Shown: positions 20,297-29,807 of the stretch, one piece after another
Layout: every line of letters begins with the position of its first letter
How positions within the stretch are numbered: position 1 is the stretch's first letter
Assembly (NCBI GenBank): GCA_050246315.1
Contig: JBFWWG010000002.1
Span: 300,811-364,810 of the forward strand
Length of the DNA: 64,000 nt
Origin: Nitrospiraceae bacterium
GTDB lineage: Bacteria; Nitrospirota; Nitrospiria; Nitrospirales; Nitrospiraceae
Direction of reading: 5' to 3'
Notes under the pieces: model-generated
The model's database searches: none
What the model was told of the DNA's origin: nothing
Seen by the model: the letters and a program-made list of their open reading frames with translations, nothing else
Position numbers and translations under genes: made by a program

Positions 20297-20758
20297 TCAC
20301 AGATCACCGGGAGCCTTGTCCTTAATGGCGGACCAGTTTTTCTCCGCCTTCTTGATGTTCCCTGGGATATCTTTTTCCCACTTGACTTGGATCCCCTTGT
20401 CCAGGTTCAAGTAGAGCGTGCCGTCGACGATCTTCCAGACCTCCGGATCGGCCACGAACTTCTTCGCCACCGACACGCCATAGGCGCAGTATCCGCCGTA
20501 CGCCGGCAGATACTTCGTCGGGTTCGCCACGAACAGCTTCTTGTGTTCTTCCGAGGTGAAGGCGTAGGTCACGCCGTCGTGATCGGCGACGTGGTAGCCT
20601 GACCCTCGCATTGCCTTCCCATCGGTAAAGTACGCCACGACGTCATAGCCGGCGGCGCCCGGCGTGCTATGGGTGTAATCCAGCGCGAATGCCGGCGCCG
20701 CGACGGCCGTGGCCACCAGTGCCACGATGCCCAGGAAGCATTGCTTCATCGAGTTCAT
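20297..20758 (-). CDS. Periplasmic YHS-domain protein
   Basis: GYDVVAYF, NPTKYLPAYGGYCAYG, WKIVDGTLYL. Confidence 0.9.
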   Translation of the reverse strand: MNSMKQCFLGIVALVATAVAAPAFALDYTHSTPGAAGYDVVAYFTDGKAMRGSGYHVADHDGVTYAFTSEEHKKLFVANPTKYLPAYGGYCAYGVSVAKKFVADPEVWKIVDGTLYLNLDKGIQVKWEKDIPGNIKKAEKNWSAIKDKAPGDL

Positions 20759-20801
20759 GAGAAACCTCCTTGTGAGATGAAAGGGTTAACGCACTGACAC
20801 A

Positions 20802-21353
20802 CTACGCGGCGCGGGTTTCCCCGACGTCCACGACCGGGAAATCCACCTCTGTCCCGGCGACGAGGTTGAAGTAGTTGGTGAACACATTGATGGCGATGTT
20901 CGCAATCACCTCCACGATCTCTCCGTCCGACAATCCTGCAGCGCGGACCTGTGCCAGATCCGCATCTGACACCTCGCCACGAGACGTCAGGACGCGGTTG
21001 ACGAATGTCAGGATCGCTTGTGTCTGTGGGTTTTCGGACTTCCCGTTGAGATTGCGGCCCAATTCCCGCGTATCGAGACCGGCTTGTTTCGCGATGGCCG
21101 TATGGGCCGACGCGCAGTATCCGCACCGGTTGGCCCCGGCGACGGCAAGCGCAATTTGTTCCCGCAACGCCGTGGACAGCTTCCCGGACCCAAGCGACTT
21201 GGTGAAGTTGAGATAGCCCCCGAGCACAGACGGGGCATGGGCCAAAGTCTTGAAGAGGTTGGGCACGACTCCGAATTGGCGCTGAATCGCGGTCAGCAAT
21301 TCAGCAGCCTTCGGGTGTGCGGCCCCTGGCTCCAGCGGTTGAATGCGTGGCAT
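20802..21353 (-). CDS. AhpD-like peroxidase-related enzyme
   Basis: VPNLFK, REQIALAVAGANRCGYCASAH, FTNYFN. Confidence 0.9.
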   Translation of the reverse strand: MPRIQPLEPGAAHPKAAELLTAIQRQFGVVPNLFKTLAHAPSVLGGYLNFTKSLGSGKLSTALREQIALAVAGANRCGYCASAHTAIAKQAGLDTRELGRNLNGKSENPQTQAILTFVNRVLTSRGEVSDADLAQVRAAGLSDGEIVEVIANIAINVFTNYFNLVAGTEVDFPVVDVGETRAA

Positions 21354-21458
21354 GTCGGTCCTCCTGCGAGTTAAAGGTTATGAGGTCATCGCGTCCGCCG
21401 ATCGATGGATGAGTGCTCCCACCGAATCCTCGAACGGCCCGCTCGTGGTCACCACTAT

Positions 21459-21474
21459 GTCAAGCCGCGTGCCA
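21459..21474 (-). promoter_or_regulatory. Sigma54 (-24/-12) promoter of AhpD operon A
   Basis: Minus strand TGGCACGCGGCTTGAC (GA instead of GC at -12). Confidence 0.7.
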
Positions 21475-21544
21475 CGTTGACGTTTGATACGAACGCGTTG
21501 AAATTACGATGAAGAGCCGCTGGTTGACCTCTTCATGAGCGATC

Positions 21545-21594
21545 ACGACAATTCGTGACTAACAAGGAATCGTTGTGTCGCCACGAGTTCTCGT
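21545..21594. promoter_or_regulatory. Triple ACGA-N4-TCGT enhancer (UAS)
   Basis: ACGAcaatTCGT 21545, ACAAggaaTCGT 21562, ACGAgttcTCGT 21583. Confidence 0.7.
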
Positions 21595-21664
21595 TTAAGT
21601 TAGTCAGCGATTCGACCACGGCCTAGCGAAGCAAGTCTGTGGAGCCAGCGAACTCGCCGAGTTA

Positions 21665-22336
21665 TTGGTGAACATGAACCGCGGAGATCCTTCTCGTTCT
21701 CTGGGGGAATTGTCTGAAGCTGAGTGGCGGCACCACTGTCCCTCGTTCTCTGTGGTGACGTTGGGCGACAAGGCGGTCATTCATCGCCAAGGAGACGTAA
21801 GCGATGTCGCGTTCATCATTGCGAGGGGGCGGGTGAAGCTCTCACGGCTGAATCGCGATGGAGATCAGTTCACGATGGCCGTGTTAACCGAGGGACAGAT
21901 GTTCGGCGCTCCACTGGCTGACCAATCGAGCACCACACTTACGGACACCGCAGAAGCCAAAGGTCGCACCGCCCTCTATCGGGTGCAGGTGAAGGAGCTG
22001 AGGGAACTATTGAAGTCTCAGCCGCTCCTGGCGTGGGACACCATTGAAAGCCTTTCCAAAGGACAGCGGCTCCTCGAACGGAAACTGGAGCTGATGATGT
22101 TCCATGACGCCCGATCGAGACTCGCGGAGACATTGCGCGACTTGGCCGGCACCCAGGGGGGGCATTGTCAGCATGGGTTCGAGCTGGACATCAAGCTGAC
22201 CCAGCAAGAACTCGCGGACCTCGTCGGAGCGACCAGGCCTGTCGTCAGTACGATCCTCAACGAATTCAAAGGTCGAGGTATCCTCGACTACCACCGCACG
22301 CTGATTTGCATTCAGAACCTCAGGGCTCTCGAATAG
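21665..22336 (+). CDS. Crp/Fnr family transcriptional regulator
   Basis: cNMP-like domain GRVKLSR, HTH LTQQELADLVGATRPVVSTILN. Confidence 0.9.
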   Translation: MVNMNRGDPSRSLGELSEAEWRHHCPSFSVVTLGDKAVIHRQGDVSDVAFIIARGRVKLSRLNRDGDQFTMAVLTEGQMFGAPLADQSSTTLTDTAEAKGRTALYRVQVKELRELLKSQPLLAWDTIESLSKGQRLLERKLELMMFHDARSRLAETLRDLAGTQGGHCQHGFELDIKLTQQELADLVGATRPVVSTILNEFKGRGILDYHRTLICIQNLRALE

Positions 22337-22628
22337 TCTTCCGGTAACCATCCACATGCAGCGTGAGCGGACGTGACTAGGGGAACCACATGTGTAAGGA
22401 TCGGTCACGTACGGCGACTCATAATCTGTCCATTGTGGCGGATTAACTGGCAGTTCTGAATCGACACCGAAGCAAGAGGTGATGCGAGCTCTCATGCGGC
22501 CAAACGGTGAATCGATTTTGAGGGACTGTTATCCAGCGAACAGACAGATTTCCTGACTCGCGACATGCTCCCTTGCGAAAAGACGACAAAGCTTTGCCCA
22601 GGCTAACGGGTTCAGTGGGAATCGACTT

Positions 22629-23702
22629 ATGTCAACCGACCACGCAGCCTATGCAGAGACGCCCCGGGTCATGCCTTGGGACGAGCGAGAACGCCTTCTC
22701 CAATCGGAGCGGGGGTCCGAGGACAGTTTTGGTAACCTCGTCGGACGGAGTGCCGCCTTGCGTGCGATGGTCCAGCAAATTGACCTCGTCGCGCCCACGG
22801 ATGCCACCGTCCTCATTCTTGGCGAATCCGGAACCGGCAAGGAATTGGTGGCGCGCGAAATTCACGAACGAAGCCGCCGTCGAAGCCGGGCACTCGTCCG
22901 CGTGAATTGTGCCTCGATTCCGAGAGAACTTTACGAAAGCGAATTTTTCGGTCACGTGAAAGGGGCCTTCACCGGAGCCTTGAAAGATCGAGCCGGCCGA
23001 TTTGAGTCGGCCAATGGCGGCACACTGTTCCTCGACGAAGTCGGAGAGATCCCGTTGGAACTGCAGAGCAAGCTATTGCGTGTGCTGCAGGAAGGGGAAT
23101 ACGAACGGGTGGGAGAGGAAACAACCCGAACGGTCAATGTCCGGATCGTCGCTGCCACCAATCGAGACCTCACCAGGGATGTCCAGGCGGGACGATTCCG
23201 ACAAGACCTCTATTATCGGCTGAACGTCTATCCCATTCCTGTCGTGCCTCTCCGCCATCGGAAGGAAGACATTCCATTGTTGGCCGCGTACTTCGTCGAG
23301 CAGGCTGCCGAACGGCTCCATTGTCCCCGACCCGATATGGCGGAGGCTCAGGTAAGGCAGCTACAATTCTATGATTGGCCTGGGAATGTGCGAGAGCTCC
23401 AGAACGTGATTGAGCGAGCCGTCATTGCGTCACAAGGTCGTGCGCTTGAATTCGAATTGCCTCACGGAACCCATGAAGAACAGCCGGTGACGCGCCCGAT
23501 ACGCACTGCCGCACGATCAAGCGAAGGAGAGGTACTGACCGAAGCCGAGATGCGGCAATGGGAACGCGACAACTTGTTGGCCGCGTTGCATCTGAGTCAT
23601 TGGCGCATTTACGGACCGGGCGGCGCAGCAGAGCGATTGGGAGTCAAGCCCACAACCTTGGTGTCACGCATCAAGAAGCTGGGAATCAAGAAACCGGATT
23701 AA
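22629..23702 (+). CDS. Sigma54 enhancer-binding protein (AAA+ and HTH, no sensor domain)
   Basis: [33 protein letters not shown]-terminal [17 protein letters not shown]. Confidence 0.93.
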   Translation: MSTDHAAYAETPRVMPWDERERLLQSERGSEDSFGNLVGRSAALRAMVQQIDLVAPTDATVLILGESGTGKELVAREIHERSRRRSRALVRVNCASIPRELYESEFFGHVKGAFTGALKDRAGRFESANGGTLFLDEVGEIPLELQSKLLRVLQEGEYERVGEETTRTVNVRIVAATNRDLTRDVQAGRFRQDLYYRLNVYPIPVVPLRHRKEDIPLLAAYFVEQAAERLHCPRPDMAEAQVRQLQFYDWPGNVRELQNVIERAVIASQGRALEFELPHGTHEEQPVTRPIRTAARSSEGEVLTEAEMRQWERDNLLAALHLSHWRIYGPGGAAERLGVKPTTLVSRIKKLGIKKPD

Positions 23703-23783
23703 CACATCTGCGCTCGTGGATCACATCTTCCACAGGAATCGGGACGCTCTGCCTCCGAGTGACCGCTCTTTTTCTTTCCTCGT

Positions 23784-23987
23784 TCAGGCTGCCGCAAGAT
23801 CAGAATGCCGGGGGCTGGTCTTGATGATGTAAGTCAAGCGGTCCCGCCGTTGTCCGTTGGAAAGAATGACAGGATCCAGGATGTCTCCACACGACACGCA
23901 TCGCCAGGCCCGACCGCCAGTTTCCGATCCAAGCAAGTCCACGATGTAGTACCCAACCATCAGTCCATGACAACGACCACATTCCAT
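23784..23987 (-). CDS. Small CxxC...CxxC zinc-ribbon protein
   Basis: MECGRCHGLMV...WRCVSCGDILDPVILSN; RBS GGAGGG; paralog at 36812. Confidence 0.75.
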   Translation of the reverse strand: MECGRCHGLMVGYYIVDLLGSETGGRAWRCVSCGDILDPVILSNGQRRDRLTYIIKTSPRHSDLAAA

Positions 23988-24048
23988 GTTGCCCTCCTGT
24001 GTTTCTCATCACCATGACACCCATGCCGATTGCATGCGAATCAACCGA

Positions 24049-24888
24049 TCACTCTCGAATCGCTCTCGTGCGTGCTTGCGCGTAGGCATTCCGAGCAGCG
24101 CTATAGAGATCCAGCGTGCTTTGTTCGAGACCGTCCAACAGTTCCAAGTTCCGAGACCGGTCATTGACCGTCTCACCCGCCCGCGAGACGATCTGAGGTG
24201 CGAGGGGCAGGAACAGTGTCAGAGGATCAAAGACGAGATCGCCTAGGAATCCGACTCCATCCCGAACGGTTGTTGGGGACAGCAACGGTAACACCAGATA
24301 GGGACCAGGCTCGACGCCGTAGACGGCAAGTGTCTGCCCAGCATCTTCACCCGCCGGTGAGCCGAGCCCGAACCATTGGTCAGCAACATCGAACAGGCCG
24401 GCCACTCCGATCGTGCTATTGATGGCGAACCGACCGAGTTCCCTTCCGGTCGCTTGCCATTTCCCCTGAAAGAGATTATTGAGCACCCGCGGCACGAAGC
24501 GAACGTTGTGAAATGCCCGCCCAATTGCGCGTTCAACCGGGTCTGGAACGATCCAGTCATAACCGGTCGCAAGTGGTTTGATGGCATATCGGTCGACTGA
24601 CTGATTGAACGCAAACATGGTCGAATTGAATCCTTCCCACGGATCGTCAATGGACTCCAGACTGTTCTCGCTGAACGGATCGGCGGCATGATTGCTATCG
24701 ACCTCGTGTGACGCGCAACACTCGTTCCCTTCAACCTCCATCTCGGCTGCCATGACGTCGAGATGGCAACTCCCCAGCGAGCCAGTCAGGAGTACGAGAA
24801 GGCAAGCGGCTCGAAGGCACACAGTGGTCAGATGGTGCGAAGGTACGACCACGTGGGTCGTAGAGTGAAGAGCGTTCACGTGCAGCAT
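24049..24888 (-). CDS. mlaA: MlaA/VacJ family lipoprotein
   Basis: DPWEGFN, RFAINSTIGVAGLFDVA, EDAGQTL, GPYLVLPLLSPTTVRD. Confidence 0.9.
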   Translation of the reverse strand: MLHVNALHSTTHVVVPSHHLTTVCLRAACLLVLLTGSLGSCHLDVMAAEMEVEGNECCASHEVDSNHAADPFSENSLESIDDPWEGFNSTMFAFNQSVDRYAIKPLATGYDWIVPDPVERAIGRAFHNVRFVPRVLNNLFQGKWQATGRELGRFAINSTIGVAGLFDVADQWFGLGSPAGEDAGQTLAVYGVEPGPYLVLPLLSPTTVRDGVGFLGDLVFDPLTLFLPLAPQIVSRAGETVNDRSRNLELLDGLEQSTLDLYSAARNAYAQARTRAIRE

Positions 24889-24917
24889 CCTTTCGATCCT
24901 CTTCCCTTAACGTTCCA

Positions 24918-26291
24918 TTAGGCACTGGCGGCCAACACGTGATTGCTCTCCGACCTGCCGGCCGCTGAGACGTGCTTCGTCCGCGGTACCATAGTCGATT
25001 TGTTGACTGCCTCGCCGAAGCGCCGGCTCGCCTTGAGACTCAACACCACCATGACGACCATCGCCCCAATGGTGATCAGGCTCAAGTACTGTGCAGAAAG
25101 CCCGACGGATCCCAGCGCCAGAACCGCGAGGATACTGAGCCCCTTGGCGCCGCGTTGCACGAAGATGGAAATAAACGCGCGGGCCTTATATTTCTCGTCA
25201 GCCGATGTCGCGACATACAACGATTCTCGACCCGTCTGCTGGATCGAATAGTTCAGGCCGTTATCCAGAATGACCAAGAGGCTGACCGCGGCCAACGTCG
25301 GCATTGCGAGAAACCCCAGAGAGCCTGCCGTGATGGCCACAGGAAGGGCCAAGAGCGTCACGCGCGGGCCAAACCGCTTCATCATCATGCCGACCAGGAA
25401 CAACTGTGCGAAGACGGAGAGCAGATTCGAGTAGAGATAAATGTCCGTGAGGAACGCTTGCGTGGCTCGCACACCGGACATGCCCTGAGCCGTGAGCTTG
25501 AACTGGTAGTCCACCAGTTGTGAAGCAATTTCATAGCACCCCATGATGCCGGCTATGCTCACGAGGTACGGTGACCGCACGACTAACCTCGCTCCTTCGA
25601 TCATGTCAGGCATTCTCCCGAGGGCACGTTCCTGATCGTTCGGTACAGTGTGAAGGAGCGGGACCGGTTTAAAAATCGAGGATCTCAGAACCAGGGATTC
25701 TGTGACTGCAGTAGCCAGAAGGACGCCCCCCATGAGTCCGGCGGCAATCACGAGCAGTCCTTGAGTTCCCACGCTCGAAAGAAGAAGCTTCGCAAGGGCG
25801 CTTCCTGCCCAACCGCCGAGGACTCCGCCCGCTCCGATCGGACCGAAGAAGCGCTGCGCATCCGGTCCGCGAGCCAGATCCGTCAAGTAGGCCCAAAACG
25901 CCGTCGCCATGACTGTGACTTCGAGATCGCCCAGGAAATAGAGGGTCCAGATTGGTAGAGACCGTTCGTCATCCTGAAGGAGAAAGGCAAGCCCGAGGAA
26001 CGCCACAGCGAAGGCCCCGCTTAGCACTGAGAGGAAGCAGCGCCTCGACAACCTGTTGTACAGGCCTGTAAAGATGCCGACTGCCATCCCGGCGAGGAGC
26101 ACAGTGGCCAACTTGGCATAGAGCTCCACCTGAGCCCCATAATGCTCGACAAACAAACCACTCTTCAGGGGCTTGAGAATTTGAAAGACCGCAATTACGA
26201 GAAAGAAAAACGAGAAGAGGAGTCCCGCAATGTACAGATCGTGCGTTGGGCTGTGCTTCCATATCCGACGATTCATGATCGCTCCGTTCAT
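24918..26291 (-). CDS. NTT/Npt (TLC ATP/ADP translocase-like) nucleotide transporter
   Basis: About 12 TM; ILKPLKSGLF, FWAYLTD, RFFGPIGAGGVLGG, DYQF, NYSIQQTGRESLY, KYKARAFI. Confidence 0.8.
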   Translation of the reverse strand: MNGAIMNRRIWKHSPTHDLYIAGLLFSFFFLVIAVFQILKPLKSGLFVEHYGAQVELYAKLATVLLAGMAVGIFTGLYNRLSRRCFLSVLSGAFAVAFLGLAFLLQDDERSLPIWTLYFLGDLEVTVMATAFWAYLTDLARGPDAQRFFGPIGAGGVLGGWAGSALAKLLLSSVGTQGLLVIAAGLMGGVLLATAVTESLVLRSSIFKPVPLLHTVPNDQERALGRMPDMIEGARLVVRSPYLVSIAGIMGCYEIASQLVDYQFKLTAQGMSGVRATQAFLTDIYLYSNLLSVFAQLFLVGMMMKRFGPRVTLLALPVAITAGSLGFLAMPTLAAVSLLVILDNGLNYSIQQTGRESLYVATSADEKYKARAFISIFVQRGAKGLSILAVLALGSVGLSAQYLSLITIGAMVVMVVLSLKASRRFGEAVNKSTMVPRTKHVSAAGRSESNHVLAASA

Positions 26292-26916
26292 CTCACAAGT
26301 GACCCGTTATTAATCCGATGGTCCCTTGCCTAGTCCAATCATCGTGCCACGCTCCGCTCGTGAATAAGATCAGAATTCTCTGAGACTTGTACCGTTCCTT
26401 TTCTTGCGGTCGTTCGTCGAGTTTTCGTCGCACCACGAAGACTCGCTGTGCAGAAACGATTAGTTGTGAAGCGGAAGGAATAGGAGAGCAGCTCAATTCC
26501 GTCGTAATCGCGTTTCCTCGGTTCTCAAGAATGTGCTTCCCTCAAGTGAGTGCCGATGGGGATTCGCCTTCCGACTCCATTCCCCAATGACTCATGCTTC
26601 TCGACTGTATGCGGCTCCACGACTCCCATGAGCTCACGGGGACCTACATCGGCCCCCTCAATGTTGGACTTAATCGTTGCTAGCGCGGGTCCGGTAAATG
26701 GGACTTATCTAGGAGAAATCAGTGGAGAGCTTCGACGTGATAGAGTCGGCGAAAAACGGTCAGTCCAGTAGAAATAAATCGTCTTGAGTCTGCGCTTGCA
26801 ATTTTGAGTAGGGCTATCGTGAGTACGCCCAGTGGCCAACTTCGTGACCTCTGACCTTGAGAGAGCAGTGCCCTACAACACTTTGGTGAGCCATCGCATA
26901 AGTCATTGAAACACGT

Positions 26917-26955
26917 GCCGAGGTAGCTCAGTTGGCAGAGCACAGCCCTGAAAAG
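26917..26955 (+). pseudogene. 5' half of tRNA-Phe(GAA), probable att junction
   Basis: GCCGAGGTAGCTCAGTTGGCAGAGCACAGCCCTGAAAAG followed by non-tRNA sequence (no T-arm or CCA). Confidence 0.85.
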
Positions 26956-27170
26956 TCCTTCGCCACTTCGTCAGTTTAATTCTCTCCTTCTCGATCCATT
27001 TCAATTTCTTCTCAATTTTCGTCAAACGACCTGATCCTCGTTTACCGTCTATTTGGGGCTTTTTCTGTGGATAAGTGGGAGCTGGTTGGCACTTTTGTTG
27101 GCACTCTCAATGATGGGACGTTCACCGCCAATGGGTTTCATGACCGGCCAAGATCATTTCTCTTGTTCCG
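26937..27170 (+). repeat. att-like arm, copy 2
   Basis: Homologous to 7864-8095; contains TGTGGATAA and GTTGGCACT direct repeats. Confidence 0.85.
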
Positions 27171-27440
27171 TGGCCTAAGCCCCTTATACACGAACTAATA
27201 GACCAGCGGACTCATAAGCCGCATCTCGTTTCTCCCCTTCTCCCGTAAACCTCCACATTCCTCAATAGAATCGCGGCTGCCACTGCGCAATCCCGTTTCG
27301 TGACATCCGATGTGTTCCCTCCCAAACCGACCAGTTCCGGCCTATTGGTGAACATCTGGTGAACACTTAAGGAAGGAGGGTTTGGCCTGTTACATGGCCC
27401 TCCCTGGCATTAGCGGCCACAGGTCAGACAGTCGTTATTG

Positions 27441-28550
27441 TCAGCGCATGATCACTTTTCCGGTCTGGCTCCAATAATAGTAAATGGAGAAGTTCGGATA
27501 GATCGCATCAAGGGTATTCTGTCCTGCAACCGTGAATAAACAGCCGACGGCTCCTACCCAATGTTCTCCGAGCCGATACTGGATCGTCGGTTGAACCCCG
27601 AGCGAATTGAACCCGTGACGCCCGCCGACATTAATATCATTGCCATCAGCCCGCCAAGGGAGTCCATGGAATCCCACGAACTCAAGGTTGTAGCCTAAGC
27701 CCCGCTTGTCGTCGAGGATGTGTTCGACGATCAGGCGCGTGTTGACGATATCGGCTGGATAGGTCGTCTGCCCCGCATCGCTGCCGGGAAAGTGGTACGA
27801 ATAGAAGACGCCTCCGCTCACGCGAAACGGTTGCAGGTTCTTCCGAAACATCACCCCTTCCGTCCACGTTAGCGATCCGAAACGGGAGGCCGGAAGTCGC
27901 CCCAGCGGTGCAAATCCGCCTGGGGGACTTTCACTCCCTGTCACCCAACGACTGGTCGGTAACACAATCATGTTGAATGTCGTAATGGAGGGACGCCACC
28001 CATCTGGATCCTGAATAATCGGTCGGTATTTCAAGTACACCTGCGTATCGCCAAGGCCGGAATCTGTCGTCCACGGTCCCCCTTTCCCCTGATTAAACTG
28101 CGCGCTGGAATTCGCCCACCAGAATGAGCCCGAGAGACCGACATTGAGTTCTAAGTGGCTCGTCAGGCCATAGGCCATCGTGACGACTGGTGCTATCTGA
28201 TACGAGTGGACGGGTGACGGAGTGCTCTTGGTAGTCAGATCGTTTCCAAATCGTTTCTCACTGATCTGAGAAAATAAGAATGGATGGAAGGTGAACTGTC
28301 CCTTCGGATGGATGTCAACGCCACTAATAAAGATCGGCCCGTTCGAGAGCGGATTCCAGCTTTTCCGGTACTTTTGCATCTCTTGATCGGTGGGCACCCA
28401 ATCCAGCGCATGTGCCACCGCTACTCCCGTTAGCTCGAGACAAAGTATGATCCAGAGGATACACGCCACCTTGGGAAAGCATGTCCGGAGGACGAGGTCC
28501 TGTGGTGTCCGGGTGTGCAGACCTCTCCATCCATAAGGCTGTTGCTTCAT
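27441..28550 (-). CDS. Hypothetical exported protein, probable outer-membrane beta-barrel
   Basis: Signal peptide AHA-L; amphipathic strands, SGLGDTQVYLKYR motif. Confidence 0.65.
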   Translation of the reverse strand: MKQQPYGWRGLHTRTPQDLVLRTCFPKVACILWIILCLELTGVAVAHALDWVPTDQEMQKYRKSWNPLSNGPIFISGVDIHPKGQFTFHPFLFSQISEKRFGNDLTTKSTPSPVHSYQIAPVVTMAYGLTSHLELNVGLSGSFWWANSSAQFNQGKGGPWTTDSGLGDTQVYLKYRPIIQDPDGWRPSITTFNMIVLPTSRWVTGSESPPGGFAPLGRLPASRFGSLTWTEGVMFRKNLQPFRVSGGVFYSYHFPGSDAGQTTYPADIVNTRLIVEHILDDKRGLGYNLEFVGFHGLPWRADGNDINVGGRHGFNSLGVQPTIQYRLGEHWVGAVGCLFTVAGQNTLDAIYPNFSIYYYWSQTGKVIMR

Positions 28551-28568
28551 TCAATGCTCGCCTATGAC

Positions 28569-28584
28569 ATTGAGATATGTTGAT
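28569..28584. promoter_or_regulatory. ArsR/SmtB-type operator
   Basis: ATTGA-gatatg-TTGAT just upstream of the 28550 start. Confidence 0.5.
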
Positions 28585-28652
28585 GAGTCCATGATTTGAC
28601 CGCTATCAAACCCCGCCACGCGTGTCTCTACCACGCTACACCGTGACCAAAC

Positions 28653-28668
28653 TGTAAGATCGCTTACA
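28653..28668. promoter_or_regulatory. Crp-type box
   Basis: TGTAA-gatcgc-TTACA. Confidence 0.6.
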
Positions 28669-29797
28669 CAAGCCTGCTGAGCAGATGATAGGCGAGTGCG
28701 GAAAGAAGTCCGGAAGCAGGAAGCGTGACGACCCACGCGAGGACCATGTCACGCACCGTGGGCCATCGAACGGCGCTGACGCCTTTCAACAATCCAATGC
28801 CAATGATCGCCGAACTGCTGACGTGGGTCGTAGAAACCGGCAACCCCATCACTGCGGAGACCATCACCAGCGAGGAGGTCGTGAGATTCGCAGATAACCC
28901 TTCATCGTGATCCATGCGTGTGACTTTCTCGGCAAGGACTTGGGTAACACGGAGTCCTGCTAGGTAGCTGCCGACGCCCATCGCCACCGCCACGCCGATG
29001 AGTACCGCACCTTGAGAGGCCGCGCTGGGCCAAGTCGCAACAGCGCTTCCAAGCAGCAACATTGCCGCGATCTTGGGGGCATCGTTCGTTCCACGAGCCA
29101 ACGAGGCCAATCCGCTTGAGCCCCAATGGATACTGTCCAACCCAACAACGAGCCCGCTCAGTCCTGCCCGGTCGCACTGAACCGGCACGGCCATCACGGG
29201 TTGTCCCAGAGCTGCGGTCTGAAACAGAGTACGCGTGGCCCCCTGTGCATCGATCATGACCAACGCCTTGGCCGTCGGCATCACACAAAGACAGGCTCCT
29301 TCCCATCGAGCCGCGAGCGTGCGGACAAGAGGATGCACCAGGACAGAAACCGTCAAGGCCAGCACGGGACTGAGGATGAGCGGCAAGACAATCTTCTTTC
29401 CAATCCCTTCCCACAGGAGCCCCTCACTTCCAAACGCGATAAGGCCGACCCCGACGATGGCGCCGGTCAAAGCATGGGTCGTGGAGACAGGCAGGCCGCT
29501 CCAGGAGGCGACCAGCACCCAAAGGACCGCGCCGGTGAGCACGGCGGCAGCCAGTATGGGCGATGCGGGGGTGCCGGGTGCCAGCAGTCCTTGACTGAAG
29601 GTCTTCACCATTGCGGTGGCTACCAGTCCCGAGAGCCCAGCGCCGATCACGGTCCAGACTGTCCCCCAGAGGATCGCGGTCCGGTAGTCGGTGACCCCGC
29701 TGCCGACGAGCGTGGCGATGGCTTTGGACACGTCGTTCGCACCGTTGGCGAAGGCCAATAACAACACAAGGACGAACGCGAGAATCGATAGGTCCAT
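28664..29797 (-). CDS. PiT family inorganic phosphate/anion transporter
   Basis: GANDVSKAIATLVGSG, GLPVSTTH twice, GTNDAPK. Confidence 0.9.
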   Translation of the reverse strand: MDLSILAFVLVLLLAFANGANDVSKAIATLVGSGVTDYRTAILWGTVWTVIGAGLSGLVATAMVKTFSQGLLAPGTPASPILAAAVLTGAVLWVLVASWSGLPVSTTHALTGAIVGVGLIAFGSEGLLWEGIGKKIVLPLILSPVLALTVSVLVHPLVRTLAARWEGACLCVMPTAKALVMIDAQGATRTLFQTAALGQPVMAVPVQCDRAGLSGLVVGLDSIHWGSSGLASLARGTNDAPKIAAMLLLGSAVATWPSAASQGAVLIGVAVAMGVGSYLAGLRVTQVLAEKVTRMDHDEGLSANLTTSSLVMVSAVMGLPVSTTHVSSSAIIGIGLLKGVSAVRWPTVRDMVLAWVVTLPASGLLSALAYHLLSRLV

Positions 29798-29807
29798 CGT
29801 ATTCGGC

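Larger units (their letters stand above)
7864..26955. mobile_element. Putative genomic island block A (redox/envelope cargo); no integrase recognised
   Basis: Bounded by direct repeats of tRNA-Phe-derived agagcacagccctgaa; accessory gene content. Confidence 0.5.

Noticed and set aside
20297..20758. Selenoprotein recoding in YHS, ArsS, DUF3179 or AhpD genes
   Set aside because: Aligned positions are Cys codons; no in-frame TGA seen
22393..22409. TGTAA-N7-TCACG as a Crp box
   Set aside because: Spacer is 7 rather than 6
26292..26916. Integrase remnant next to the tRNA-Phe half
   Set aside because: No tyrosine or serine recombinase motifs recognised in the listed frames
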